DNA of 64,000 nt from a virus: positions 1 to 64,000 of the IMG/VR virus record IMGVR_UViG_3300017788_004205, one strand, 5' to 3'. Positions within the stretch are counted from its first letter, which is position 1. Each line of letters starts with the position of its first letter. This document shows positions 28,376 to 38,965 of the stretch, in pieces. The notes beneath the pieces are model-generated. The model did not search any database. It was not told where the DNA came from and worked only from the letters and a program-made list of their open reading frames with translations. Both the position numbers and the translations under genes were made by a program.

Positions 28376-29827
28376 ATGTATACTAATACGGTTTTGAACT
28401 ACACCTCGTTTTTGAACGAATCCAAATCAAGCGATGAAGTGAAAATAATAATCTTTACAAGTAGAGCAAAAGGCAGTCCAACTACAAAAGCATTCGAAAA
28501 AGTTTGCAAAGAAAGAGGGATTGAATGCTATGTTGTAGATATTAATAACGCTTTGCTTGAAAAGGTTTATAATGGTCACTTGATAATCTATCAAGGTAAA
28601 AGAATTTTAATCGACCCTGATACAACCGCTATTATACCAAGAAGAGGTGTTATTGAGAACTCACATACGCGGAGATTATTTGCACAATTAGAGAAGTCCA
28701 GATATTTCATTACAAATTCTTTGGACTCTATAAATGTTTGTGAAAATAAATATATTACTGCACAGATTTTGGAAGAGCATGGTCTCCCAGTTCCAAAATA
28801 CTCTCTTGTCCCTGATGAAACATTCTTAGACACAGCTCTTGATTTGATTGGTGGAGAATTTCCGCTTATCTTAAAACTTATATCAGGAACACAAGGAATC
28901 GGAGTTTCTATTGTTGATTCTTACGCTTCCCTTAAATCTGTCTATCAAACTATAAAAAAACTGAATAATCAAAGTGAAATTCTCATTCAACAAAAGATAG
29001 ATTCTGATTATGACATTAGAATTCAAACTTTGGTTAAGAAGTTTAATCCCATCAAAGAAAAGAAAAACAATAAGATTGTTTTAGGTTCTATGATGAGAAA
29101 AAAAATAAAGGGTGATTTTAGAACTAATTATTCTCTTGGGGGAGAAGTCAATAAGTATGAATTGGATGAAAATGATAAATCAGATAAAGAACTATTAAAC
29201 CTCGCATTTGAAGCTACAACAGCAGTTGGTTGCCATTGGTCGGGTGTAGACATCATCATAGATAAAAAGACTAAAAAGCCTTATATCCTTGAAGTTAATT
29301 CATCACCAGGAACTGAAGGTATATCAAAAGTTTTAGGTGAACCGATTGTATCAAAAATTGTAGATTATGTAATAGACAAATCAAATTGGTCATACTATAA
29401 TCTTGAAGTTGGTTATCTCGAACAGATTGAGATTCCTGGGTTGGGTGCTATGGTTGCTAAATTCGATACTGGAAATAGCTCAAAATCATGCAGTATTCAT
29501 GCAGACAAAATTGAAGAAAAGGATGGTAAGTTAATTTGGACTGTTCTTGGAAAAACATTTGTCAATGATATAATAGACTATTCAAAAACAGAAGTGGGGC
29601 ATATAATTCATAATCGTCCTATCATTAAATTAGATATTACATTTAATGATGTTTTGATTAAAAATGTTAAAGTATCTCCAACAAATAGAAAGACAAAAAC
29701 TACTCCATTATTGATGAATAGGGCATTTATGAGAAGAGTGGGTATAGTTGTGAATGCAAATAAAGCATTTGTTATAACAGATGAACCAGATGATTTTGAC
29801 CCTAAAGCAGATTCATTTAAGAAGTAA
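28376..29827 (+). CDS. RimK-like ATP-grasp ligase fused to a retropepsin-like (RimK-associated) protease domain
   Basis: ENKY, PLILKLISGTQGIGV, QQKI, DFRTNYSLGG, GVDII, LEVNSSPG; C-terminal AKFDTGN...SIHA...LLMNR; start reassigned to ATG 28376. Confidence 0.85.
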   Translation: MYTNTVLNYTSFLNESKSSDEVKIIIFTSRAKGSPTTKAFEKVCKERGIECYVVDINNALLEKVYNGHLIIYQGKRILIDPDTTAIIPRRGVIENSHTRRLFAQLEKSRYFITNSLDSINVCENKYITAQILEEHGLPVPKYSLVPDETFLDTALDLIGGEFPLILKLISGTQGIGVSIVDSYASLKSVYQTIKKLNNQSEILIQQKIDSDYDIRIQTLVKKFNPIKEKKNNKIVLGSMMRKKIKGDFRTNYSLGGEVNKYELDENDKSDKELLNLAFEATTAVGCHWSGVDIIIDKKTKKPYILEVNSSPGTEGISKVLGEPIVSKIVDYVIDKSNWSYYNLEVGYLEQIEIPGLGAMVAKFDTGNSSKSCSIHADKIEEKDGKLIWTVLGKTFVNDIIDYSKTEVGHIIHNRPIIKLDITFNDVLIKNVKVSPTNRKTKTTPLLMNRAFMRRVGIVVNANKAFVITDEPDDFDPKADSFKK

Positions 29828-31256
29828 TTCTCCAATCTTGTATGTAATTGAGAGTATTTTTAGCTCTTGTGATGGCTACATAATGAAGATTTTGTTCTTG
29901 AATCTTTTCCCATTCTAAAAATGCGTTTTTAAGTGGCATCATATCAGGCATGATTATATGCACATTTTCCGCTTCTAAACCTTTAGATTTATGAGCAGTC
30001 ATAAGAGTTATACCGCTTTGAGCATCTTCACAAAAAAGAGATTTTACCTTTTCTTTAACATCATCTACCGTATTGCAACCTTCAATCAAAGTCTCACAAG
30101 CAGTGATTATATCTTTCATATAAAGTAAGTTTATTTCAGATTCTTCTTCATCGCTCTCTTTTGCTCGTTCAAATTGATTCCACATGATTTTAATAGCAGA
30201 ATGTAAGTTTGAAGCTCTTGTTCCTTCCAGTCTTTTAATTATTCTTTCACCTATATCTACACCTTTGATTTGAACTTTTTTTCCTTGTGATAGTAATTGC
30301 AGAGCCAAGGATATAATAGGTGAGTTTGTTCTACATAAAATAAAATCTCCATCTTTTATATCTCTTGTAGAAGCGGATTGATTGACTTTTCCTTCTGGAG
30401 AATTCTCAGAAAATTCTATGCTTGGGACTATTTTTTGAGCCCATTTTACAACTTCCTTTGAGCATCTATAACTAATACTAAGAGGTAAAAGTTTTGTATT
30501 TGGGATTTGACACATTTTCTTGAATGATTCATCATCAGCTCCACTGAAACCATAAATAGATTGATTTCTATCTCCAACTGCTATGATTCTGCCCCCTTCC
30601 CCCTTCATTTTCATAAGAAGTTGAATTTGGCATAATGATAAATCTTGACATTCATCAACTAAAATGAGAGAATATTCTGATACTTTAATATCTTCCAATG
30701 CTGGAATATAAATCATATCGGTAAAATCAATAATATCTCTCCTAAAATTCATGTGTTTTATAACGGTAAATGCATCATAAATCAATTCATCAGTTGCAGG
30801 TAACATGTGTTTTAATGCTATTTGTTTTGCGGTTATAACATCTTCGCACATATTAAACCTAAACAAACTTACAAGAGATGTGATAATGTCTATGTATTTA
30901 TTGAGGTCTTGTTTTTTTCTTAATTCAAGAATATCAGAAATATCTTTGATAACCCTTTTCATTTTATTTGTATCTAATTTTGCTCCTCTGTATGCCCTCT
31001 TAATCTGTTCTAAGCCAAAAGAATGCACGGTTTTAACTTCTATTCCGTTTGGAACCCTTTTAACCATTTCATCTGCTATATGCTTATTAAAAGCTATGAA
31101 AATAATGTCTTTTTGACCTTTTGATAGCAATTTCATTGATTCTATGAGCGTTGTGGTCTTCCCAGAACCTGCAACAGCTTCAATGACAGCATTTTCATTC
31201 GAGTTCTTTATATGCTCAAATATAGCTTCTTGGTATTTACTTGGTTTGAATGACAT
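29817..31256 (-). CDS. UvrD/REP-like superfamily 1 helicase
   Basis: AVAGSGKTT, IAFNK, LVDECQD, VGDRNQSIYGFSGA, SYRC, TAHKSKGLE, YVAITRAK; likely start MSFKP at 31256. Confidence 0.92.
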   Translation of the reverse strand: MSFKPSKYQEAIFEHIKNSNENAVIEAVAGSGKTTTLIESMKLLSKGQKDIIFIAFNKHIADEMVKRVPNGIEVKTVHSFGLEQIKRAYRGAKLDTNKMKRVIKDISDILELRKKQDLNKYIDIITSLVSLFRFNMCEDVITAKQIALKHMLPATDELIYDAFTVIKHMNFRRDIIDFTDMIYIPALEDIKVSEYSLILVDECQDLSLCQIQLLMKMKGEGGRIIAVGDRNQSIYGFSGADDESFKKMCQIPNTKLLPLSISYRCSKEVVKWAQKIVPSIEFSENSPEGKVNQSASTRDIKDGDFILCRTNSPIISLALQLLSQGKKVQIKGVDIGERIIKRLEGTRASNLHSAIKIMWNQFERAKESDEEESEINLLYMKDIITACETLIEGCNTVDDVKEKVKSLFCEDAQSGITLMTAHKSKGLEAENVHIIMPDMMPLKNAFLEWEKIQEQNLHYVAITRAKNTLNYIQDWRITS

Positions 31257-31309
31257 ATTAATTTTTAAGTTAATGAAAAAATATAAAAAATTCAACAAAT
31301 TTTTTTAAT

Positions 31310-31317
31310 GATATATA
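31310..31317 (+). promoter_or_regulatory. Putative late promoter GATATATA
   Basis: 32 nt upstream of ATG 31349. Confidence 0.6.
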
Positions 31318-31348
31318 ATGATAGAGTAAAACTACAATCTAAATATAT

Positions 31349-31693
31349 ATGAGTAGAATAATAACTCTTTATGACCATGATGAAATAAACCCAGTAACCA
31401 GAAAAGTTATACACGGTCTTGAGCCTCGAGGTTGGTATACTCTCGATATTGAATACTCATATAATTTTACCGCTGGGGTAGAGATGCTTCTTTGGCAAGT
31501 TGTAGGAACTCAACATACCTTTAAGGTAGATGCTCTACTGATTGATGAAATCCACGGAGATAATATTAAAGAACATTTTATAAAAGCATTAGAAAAATTA
31601 GCTGAGCATTATCACAATTGGCAACAATTCGGTTATCCAGAACAATGGAGAGCCAAATATACGAAAATTTTCGGAGAAAGAATAAAATCTTGA
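31349..31693 (+). CDS. Hypothetical protein
   Basis: 114 aa ORF after late promoter. Confidence 0.6.
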   Translation: MSRIITLYDHDEINPVTRKVIHGLEPRGWYTLDIEYSYNFTAGVEMLLWQVVGTQHTFKVDALLIDEIHGDNIKEHFIKALEKLAEHYHNWQQFGYPEQWRAKYTKIFGERIKS

Positions 31694-31721
31694 TTTCAAA
31701 CTTTAATATAAAGGAAACTTT

Positions 31722-32645
31722 ATGAGCTTCACACCAACAAATGTAGGACAAGGTGGCGGAATGCCAGACATCCAAGTAAAAATGGTTCCATCAGCAGGTG
31801 GACTTGGTAATTACGAATCACAAGGCGTAGATAGAGCAGTAACGATAGGTCAAGATGGCAGACCGATTGGTAATGTTCAATACACTCCCCCGTTTGACCT
31901 TTTAACAGAAGAAAACAGACATATTATTGAACAAAGAAAAAGACAAAAAGAAGCCGAAAAAAGAAAACGCGAGGAAAAAAATAATCCTCCGAAGCCTATG
32001 ATAAATGATGAAGAAAAATTGAAAATTGCAAATGCAGAGATTGTAGGAAGAGAATTTCAATATATCGTTCAAGATAAATTTGGTCAAACAGTTTCAGTTG
32101 TTTCTTGTTCACTTAAAGAGGGTGATATAGAACTTACAATGAGTGATGACCATGCTGTTTTACTGAATAATTTAGAATCGGAATTTTTACCTATTTCAAG
32201 AAAACCTCTAATCGAAGACTCTTCAATTGAAACTGAAGAAATAGATGCTTCTGCCACAATTCAAGTAAAAGAAACGAAACAAATACAACAGTCTCCAAAA
32301 ACAGTAGTTCAGAATATTACCTTAAACAATAGTTTGCCAGATAGTCCACTGAGAGCTCTTTTATCTTCGAGAAAAAAGAATGAAACTCCTATTTCTATTG
32401 ATTTGAAGATTGATTTGGTTAAAAAAGACTTTTTTAAGATTATAGATGAATCATATGATAATGCTCTTGATTATGTTGTTGAGCACGTTATGAGCGGAAT
32501 AACCCTTGAAAAAGTAAAGGATGCTGTTCGTTATCAGCTTGAATTATACTATAAAAGTGAAGGAAGACAACTCACAAACGATGAGTTTGAAAAAAATGAG
32601 ATATATAAAGAACCTGACACTATTATTTTAGAAAAGAGCGAATAA
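31722..32645 (+). CDS. Hypothetical protein
   Basis: 307 aa ORF, AAGGA RBS. Confidence 0.65.
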   Translation: MSFTPTNVGQGGGMPDIQVKMVPSAGGLGNYESQGVDRAVTIGQDGRPIGNVQYTPPFDLLTEENRHIIEQRKRQKEAEKRKREEKNNPPKPMINDEEKLKIANAEIVGREFQYIVQDKFGQTVSVVSCSLKEGDIELTMSDDHAVLLNNLESEFLPISRKPLIEDSSIETEEIDASATIQVKETKQIQQSPKTVVQNITLNNSLPDSPLRALLSSRKKNETPISIDLKIDLVKKDFFKIIDESYDNALDYVVEHVMSGITLEKVKDAVRYQLELYYKSEGRQLTNDEFEKNEIYKEPDTIILEKSE

Positions 32646-32658
32646 TAATTTTTAAGAA

Positions 32659-33150
32659 ATGAATCATTTAGAACAATTTACAGAACTTAAACCATCTCAG
32701 ATTCTTTATTCTTGTGATGAGTTTACTATTCATGAAGAATCAAACTCCAAAACTCTTAGATTTAAGAAGAGCTATGGGAGATTTTTACCATATGTTGTTA
32801 AGAATGGAATAATAGAAGCAATATTATTACCAAAAGAATCTGACGGTTTAGCTACATATGAAAATGAATCAATTAACCAACTAACAGATGTTATAGAGCA
32901 TTGTAAAAAATTAGGTTGGAATGTAGCAGAAGATAATTTCACACACCTTGGATTTTGGAGAGTAAGTCCCTTTATCGATTCATCAGAGTGCGTTTGGGGA
33001 TTGGATGTAGATGCTTGTGAAAATTCAAGTTCTATTTTATCGGACTCTAACTTTGTTGTTCTTCCTATAAGCGCTTTAGTAAACATAGGAGATGCAATAG
33101 CTGGAGCTTCTGCTTTGAAGCTTCTTCTAAAAATGAATAAACAGCCTTAA
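32659..33150 (+). CDS. Hypothetical protein (possibly degenerate Nudix fold)
   Basis: 163 aa ORF; no intact Nudix box. Confidence 0.5.
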   Translation: MNHLEQFTELKPSQILYSCDEFTIHEESNSKTLRFKKSYGRFLPYVVKNGIIEAILLPKESDGLATYENESINQLTDVIEHCKKLGWNVAEDNFTHLGFWRVSPFIDSSECVWGLDVDACENSSSILSDSNFVVLPISALVNIGDAIAGASALKLLLKMNKQP

Positions 33151-33160
33151 ATTTATTTAT

Positions 33161-33520
33161 ATGATAATAGAAGATTTTTCAAATAACAACAAAGGAGATG
33201 TTTCGGTAGTAATAACTATTGAAGAAGGAAACTTAAAAACTATAAAGAAAAGGTTTAGAGGTTTGAATGTTGATTATTTAGATGTTATAAAAATAGCAAA
33301 TGATTTAGGCTACGATATAAGCGGAACAATCTCAGATGCGGCTTACTTCATACTTTGTCGTGAAATAGAAAGACTTTTAGTTGAAAAATTGCTTGATAAT
33401 CAAAAAGATGTTGTGTATATAGTTCCTAAATATACACCTGACATCAAAAGAACAGTAAGAGAAATCTTAAAAAGAAACGACATACAAGCGGAACTTGTCG
33501 TAGGTCTTTTGATGATTTAA
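33161..33520 (+). CDS. Hypothetical protein
   Basis: 119 aa ORF in operon. Confidence 0.55.
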   Translation: MIIEDFSNNNKGDVSVVITIEEGNLKTIKKRFRGLNVDYLDVIKIANDLGYDISGTISDAAYFILCREIERLLVEKLLDNQKDVVYIVPKYTPDIKRTVREILKRNDIQAELVVGLLMI

Positions 33521-33536
33521 AAATAAAAATACGAAT

Positions 33537-35534
33537 TTGAGCGAATTTAGATTCTATAGCTTTAATAATGGTAAAACAAACCCAACTACTGATACAGCTA
33601 ATCTTGCTAACATAAAATCTGGGGTTGATAAACAAGCCGCATTAGCACAAGCGTCTACAACCGCTCAAGGAACGGATAATAATATACCAGCTAATGCTCA
33701 AAGTGGCGTTAGACCTACTACTCCTTCTCCTGCTTCTACTGCCAATAACGGGGTACCTGTAAAAGTAGATTTAGACCGCATTATACCAGAAGGGACGAAA
33801 CAAGATTTCAAAGAAGTAGGGACAACAGTAAACGTTCCTAATCCGATTACTGGAACACCAGCTGAGATTACAACAAAAGGGACCCCTTCGATAATTAATG
33901 ACTATTGGCTCGTTTATTATCATTCTACGTCAGGAATAAGCGATAGTGAAAGAACTGTCACAAATTTGGGAAAAGAGAGCAAATACAAGGGTCTTTCTAA
34001 TCATGAAAACTATAAAGACCCAACTACAAGTAAAATTATTGAAGTTTTTAACGGACAGGATGGAAAAAGTATATTTGCAATGCCCGAGAAAAAATATACA
34101 TATTCTGATTTTTTGTATCTAAAAAATTATCACCCATATAATAATAATAGATTGATAACACTTAGAAGATTTTTAGTTCCTGTGTATGATAATTGTAGAA
34201 CCGCAATTCAAACTAATAATAAAGAAGATGAAAGATTTAGAACTCCGATTTCTAAGGCAATTAGTTATTTAGGTACAAGTGAAAATAAATTATCAACCTT
34301 AACTAATTTTACAGTAACTATAAAAACAAAAGATGTTACTGGTAATTTGAGTGATAAGCCTACAATGGTAGGTGCATCTGAATTTGCTAATTTGAAAGCA
34401 TTTGTAGGTAATGATAAAAATGAATATGACCAAACTTCATTTGGATATGCTTTAATGGCTGCTATGAGTGGAGCTAATACTGAAGATGTTATTGAAAAAT
34501 GGAATACGGCTATGAACTTATGGGAAACTGGGCCTTATACAGACTTAATTTATGGACCTGTTAATGTTATAACTGGAGCCAAAGTTAGAGATAGAGGGCT
34601 TACTTATACACATGCACTCAATTTAAATTTTGAATACTCTACAAAATATATTGAAAGAATAAATCCAAAAGCAGCTATACTTGATATAGTAGCAAATATG
34701 TTATCTATGTCATATCATCATGCTAATTTTTTTGGAGGAGAAAATAGATTTCAGTTTGATAAAACAAATTTTGCATTTTTGAATAATGAGAAGCAGGTTG
34801 AATTTTTGAAAGCGCTTGGGCAAGGGGGTGAGTCTGAGGCTTTAAAAAAATATGCAGACTCTTTGGGAGAAAGTGGTAAAAATGTTTTAGGTGAGGCTAA
34901 GAAATTGGTAGATGCCTTTTCAAGCGGAGAAGGTATGAAATCAGAAGCGGTTCAAAACCTTGTTAAAAATGCTCAAAAAATAGCAACGGCCCTACACCCA
35001 GGTCTTCAAAAATTAAATAAAACAGTAACTGAAGGAACTAAATCTACTCTAAATGGCTCTCCAACTGGAGAGTGGCATCTTCAGGTAGGTAACCCATTTG
35101 CTCCGATTATGATGCTTGGGAATCTTTGGTGTACAAGTGCTACATTTACTTTTAATGATGACTTGTCGGCTGATGACTTTCCAACAGAACTAAAAGTTGC
35201 AATTAAACTTGAATATGGTAGACAGAGAGATTCCTCGGATATACAATCAATGTTCAATGCAGGTGGTGGTAGAATATATTATCCATATAAAGATAAAGAA
35301 GATGCAAATATTTCTTCTACATTTTACAATACAGAATACATTTACAATGATAAACCATCAGAAAACAAAGATTCTCGTAATCAGCAAACAGTAACAAAGG
35401 AAAATACTCAGATTAGTGGTTTACCTGGTGTTGATAATTACGGAAGTGTAGGAAAATTAGCATCTAAAACAAATACTTCAAACGTAGCTTTGGAAACAAA
35501 TCAAATGCAAAATCAAAGTAAAACAAATCCATAA
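33537..35534 (+). CDS. Probable baseplate/tail-tube initiator protein (gp48/gp54-like position)
   Basis: 665 aa, TTG start; C-terminal WHLQVGNPFAPIMMLGNL...DDFPTELKVAIKL tube-like block; precedes a gp53-like gene. Confidence 0.45.
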   Translation: MSEFRFYSFNNGKTNPTTDTANLANIKSGVDKQAALAQASTTAQGTDNNIPANAQSGVRPTTPSPASTANNGVPVKVDLDRIIPEGTKQDFKEVGTTVNVPNPITGTPAEITTKGTPSIINDYWLVYYHSTSGISDSERTVTNLGKESKYKGLSNHENYKDPTTSKIIEVFNGQDGKSIFAMPEKKYTYSDFLYLKNYHPYNNNRLITLRRFLVPVYDNCRTAIQTNNKEDERFRTPISKAISYLGTSENKLSTLTNFTVTIKTKDVTGNLSDKPTMVGASEFANLKAFVGNDKNEYDQTSFGYALMAAMSGANTEDVIEKWNTAMNLWETGPYTDLIYGPVNVITGAKVRDRGLTYTHALNLNFEYSTKYIERINPKAAILDIVANMLSMSYHHANFFGGENRFQFDKTNFAFLNNEKQVEFLKALGQGGESEALKKYADSLGESGKNVLGEAKKLVDAFSSGEGMKSEAVQNLVKNAQKIATALHPGLQKLNKTVTEGTKSTLNGSPTGEWHLQVGNPFAPIMMLGNLWCTSATFTFNDDLSADDFPTELKVAIKLEYGRQRDSSDIQSMFNAGGGRIYYPYKDKEDANISSTFYNTEYIYNDKPSENKDSRNQQTVTKENTQISGLPGVDNYGSVGKLASKTNTSNVALETNQMQNQSKTNP

Positions 35535-35551
35535 AAATAAAATGTATATCA

Positions 35552-36166
35552 ATGGCATTGAATTTTAAACATATATCAGAAAAACTTGAAATGGAAAAAA
35601 ACGGAGAAAAGATAGTTGACTTGACTACCCGTTCGTATAAACAAATAGAAAACTCGGATTACATTAAAAGATTTATTGTTGATAATAAGTTAGTAATGCG
35701 ACCAGATTTACTTTCAAATGAAATAAATGGTGACTTAGACTTTACAACTCTACTTAAAACAAATATGATATCAAACCCATTTACTTTAGATGTTGATGAT
35801 ATTATATTATTAAGAAAAGGAGGAGATACGCTTTATATTGCACCGAGAAACTTAGAAGCAGAAAATAAAAATGATGTTAGAAGTTTTTATGTAAATCCAG
35901 ATAAAGTTTCAGAGCCTGACCCTAAGATTGAAAAAATAAAAAAGAAATTCGAAGATTTACAAAAAATGGGAGCAGAAGCAAAATCACCATCTAAAAATAA
36001 TCTACCTCCAAATTTCAATGAGTTTGGAACAGGTGAAGTTGAAATAATAGGAAATAAGGTTAGATTCGCCCCAGGGGTAGCCAGAAATAGTTCAGAGTGC
36101 TCCACTGAACCTATAAGCAAAGCATCATTAATTAGTCAAATTTTGAAGAATAAGTTAAATAGTTAA
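35552..36166 (+). CDS. Baseplate wedge protein, gp53/LysM-like
   Basis: MRPDLLSNEING...LLKTNMISNPFTLDVDDII. Confidence 0.55.
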   Translation: MALNFKHISEKLEMEKNGEKIVDLTTRSYKQIENSDYIKRFIVDNKLVMRPDLLSNEINGDLDFTTLLKTNMISNPFTLDVDDIILLRKGGDTLYIAPRNLEAENKNDVRSFYVNPDKVSEPDPKIEKIKKKFEDLQKMGAEAKSPSKNNLPPNFNEFGTGEVEIIGNKVRFAPGVARNSSECSTEPISKASLISQILKNKLNS

Positions 36167-36167
36167 T

Positions 36168-37655
36168 ATGGCATACGAAAAAACCAAGATTAGAACGGTA
36201 TCTGACCCTACAATTATTTTGCAGGATATGATAGCTGAGCAAAAGATGGTATCCGTCCAATATGGTGATAAATATGAAGCATCATCATATGTGGGTAGAG
36301 ATTTTCCATTAATAAAGTTTAGAGACAGAACTATAAATATTGAAGAAGTTCAAAGTTTTGAAATAGATTGTTCCAATTTTTTACCTATAATTTACCTAAA
36401 ACTTTCTATTACAGACAGAAAGTTTTTAGGGGAGTATATCCCAAAAGATGGAGATATTATTTCTATTTACATGAGGAGTCAAAATGATGTCTACAAACCT
36501 GTTAGGAACGATTATTTGATAACACATGTAGATACAAATGCTCTTGATGGTTCAGATTATGCAACGGAATATTATGTAACTGGTATATTAAATATAAAAA
36601 ATATATGGGTAGAAAAAAATACAGCTATGAAGGGTAAATCTATTGATGTTATTAGAAAGGTTGCAGATGAACTTGACCTTGGATTTGCTACAAATGTAGA
36701 GGGAGAGATGGATGATGAAATGGTTTGGATTTGCGATTGGAAATCATATAAAGATTTTTTACTCCATATAACAGAACATTCTTGGAAGAATGAAAAAACT
36801 TTTTATAGAGTTTTTATAGATATTTACTACTATGTAAATTTTATTGAGGTCGAAAAGCAATTAGACATAACAAAAGAATTTGATGAATCATTAGCAATAA
36901 TGGAAAAAACTCCGCTTATTCAACACGGGGACCCAATTTTGAAAATAGACGAACAAGTTAATGAAATGAATCCTTTGACTCTAACAAATTTTACAAACTT
37001 AAAATCAACATCCTTCGGTATTACGAAATATGAAATGGTCAATAATTCTTCACATATCTCATATTCGGAGGGCTATGGTAAAAAAATGTATTATTATGAC
37101 CATTACTTAAAAACAATAGAAGATGTGAATCAAATAGATTTTAATCCATTGTATACAGATGGAACAGCCGATTCTAAGCTCCGTCTCCGTGGATTAAAAG
37201 ATGAAGATATAGAAAAAAGACACTTAAAAAATACTTGGTATGGGATACAATATTCTCTCCCACAAGGAAATGTTCATAAGAATTTTGCACAAGCTTATTT
37301 TCAAAATAAGGTAAATACCATAGAACTTGAAAAAATGTATATCGATGTTAAAACATATACATGGAATCCCGCAATCATTAAGATGGAAAGAATACCTCTT
37401 TTTATCTTTGAAGAGGGAGTACAATTAACGGATGGTGCGGCATTTATGGATGAAGAAGAATTAAAGAAAAATCAAGAAGAACCGCCTCTGAATCCTATAT
37501 CTAATACATTAACTACGATAAATAGATTTTTAAGTGGATTTTATTTGGTTGATAGTTTTAAGATAATATATGATTTTACAAATAGAAAAAATGTTTGTGA
37601 ATTTAGACTTACAAGAAGAGAATGGGGAGTCCCAAAGGATACAGAACTTCTATAA
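36168..37655 (+). CDS. Probable baseplate hub protein (gp27-like)
   Basis: 495 aa after the gp53-like gene; C-terminal FLSGFYLVDSFKIIY...EFRLTRREW. Confidence 0.45.
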   Translation: MAYEKTKIRTVSDPTIILQDMIAEQKMVSVQYGDKYEASSYVGRDFPLIKFRDRTINIEEVQSFEIDCSNFLPIIYLKLSITDRKFLGEYIPKDGDIISIYMRSQNDVYKPVRNDYLITHVDTNALDGSDYATEYYVTGILNIKNIWVEKNTAMKGKSIDVIRKVADELDLGFATNVEGEMDDEMVWICDWKSYKDFLLHITEHSWKNEKTFYRVFIDIYYYVNFIEVEKQLDITKEFDESLAIMEKTPLIQHGDPILKIDEQVNEMNPLTLTNFTNLKSTSFGITKYEMVNNSSHISYSEGYGKKMYYYDHYLKTIEDVNQIDFNPLYTDGTADSKLRLRGLKDEDIEKRHLKNTWYGIQYSLPQGNVHKNFAQAYFQNKVNTIELEKMYIDVKTYTWNPAIIKMERIPLFIFEEGVQLTDGAAFMDEEELKKNQEEPPLNPISNTLTTINRFLSGFYLVDSFKIIYDFTNRKNVCEFRLTRREWGVPKDTELL

Positions 37656-37657
37656 AA

Positions 37658-37686
37658 TTGAACAATTTTCTAATTTTTTCTATAAT
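37658..37686 (+). promoter_or_regulatory. sigma70-like promoter TTGAAC-N17-TATAAT
   Basis: Exact 17-nt spacer. Confidence 0.7.
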
Positions 37687-37723
37687 ATTAAGATATATTT
37701 TCTGTATTTTTTAATTGAAAGCC

Positions 37724-38965
37724 ATGGATTCAAGAAGAGGTTTACCGATTTTAGCTCTCTTTCAAAAAGAAGGAGAGACGATAGAAATAAAAACCCGAGA
37801 CATAGGAGCTTGGGAACCCTTAGATTTTGATATTAGAAGATTTACGACTGATGATAATGTATATGAGATTTTTGCAGATATAAGACCTCAGGTTATAGTT
37901 TCGGTAGGAAAAGATGAAGAGTGGAAAGGTTTGATGACTTTACCTTTTGAAGAAAGAAGAAAATGGATATCCTTTGACCCTGATACAAACCCCGTTGAAA
38001 TAGGAGAAGCCGCATATAGAGTCTTCATCAATGCCGCAACCTCAAGAAGTGATAAAACTCCACTTATTAGCATTTTCACACCTGTATACAGAACAGGTGA
38101 AAAACTCATGCGCCCTTTTAATTCACTCATAAACAGCATATACAAAAATTGGGAGTGGATTATTTTTGATGATTCTGATGATAATAATGAAACATGGGAT
38201 ATGTTGGTGGAATTATCCAATAAAGACCAAAGAATTAAAATCTTTAGAGGAAGAAGAAATAGTGGTAGAGTTGGAGAAACGAAATTTTATGCCGCAAATC
38301 TCTGTCAAGGGCAAGTTGTTCTTGAACTTGACCATGATGATGAATTAACAGAAAATGCACTTGAATGGATTGCGAAAGCCTATAAAAAGTATCCAGATGC
38401 TGGTTTTTATTATACAGATTGTACAGAAATCTATGAAGAAAATGGAAAATCTGTTATCTATGGAGAAGGCTTTGCTATGGGATATGGTTCATATAAAGTT
38501 GATTGGTATAAAGGAAGGTCTTATTTAACTCATATTTCATGTAATATAAACCCAAGAACAATTCGTCATATTGTAGGCGTTCCGAATCACATTAGAGCTT
38601 GGAGAGCTGATGTTTACAAAGATATTTTAGGTCATAGCACTTTGCTTGGAGTTTGCGATGATTATGAAATTATTATTCGAACATTCTTAAAAACAAAATT
38701 TGTTAGAATTGCTCAGATGGGATACATTCAATGGATGAATGCGGGCGGAGATAATACACAAAATTATAGAAGGCAAGAAATACAAAGACTTGTTAGATTT
38801 ATCAGACAGCGTTATGATAGAGAAATTCACGAACGCTTTGTTGAACTTGGAGTTCATGATGATGCTTGGTCTGATGAATTAGGTTGGTGTGCTAATTTGT
38901 GGACAGATAAACCTAAACAAGAAAATTTAGTTAACTATGTATTCGACCCACTTTCAGAAGAATGA
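37724..38965 (+). CDS. Glycosyltransferase family 2 with N-terminal extension
   Basis: PLISIFTPVY, WEWIIFDDS, ELDHDD, CDDYEI; likely ATG at 37724. Confidence 0.88.
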   Translation: MDSRRGLPILALFQKEGETIEIKTRDIGAWEPLDFDIRRFTTDDNVYEIFADIRPQVIVSVGKDEEWKGLMTLPFEERRKWISFDPDTNPVEIGEAAYRVFINAATSRSDKTPLISIFTPVYRTGEKLMRPFNSLINSIYKNWEWIIFDDSDDNNETWDMLVELSNKDQRIKIFRGRRNSGRVGETKFYAANLCQGQVVLELDHDDELTENALEWIAKAYKKYPDAGFYYTDCTEIYEENGKSVIYGEGFAMGYGSYKVDWYKGRSYLTHISCNINPRTIRHIVGVPNHIRAWRADVYKDILGHSTLLGVCDDYEIIIRTFLKTKFVRIAQMGYIQWMNAGGDNTQNYRRQEIQRLVRFIRQRYDREIHERFVELGVHDDAWSDELGWCANLWTDKPKQENLVNYVFDPLSEE

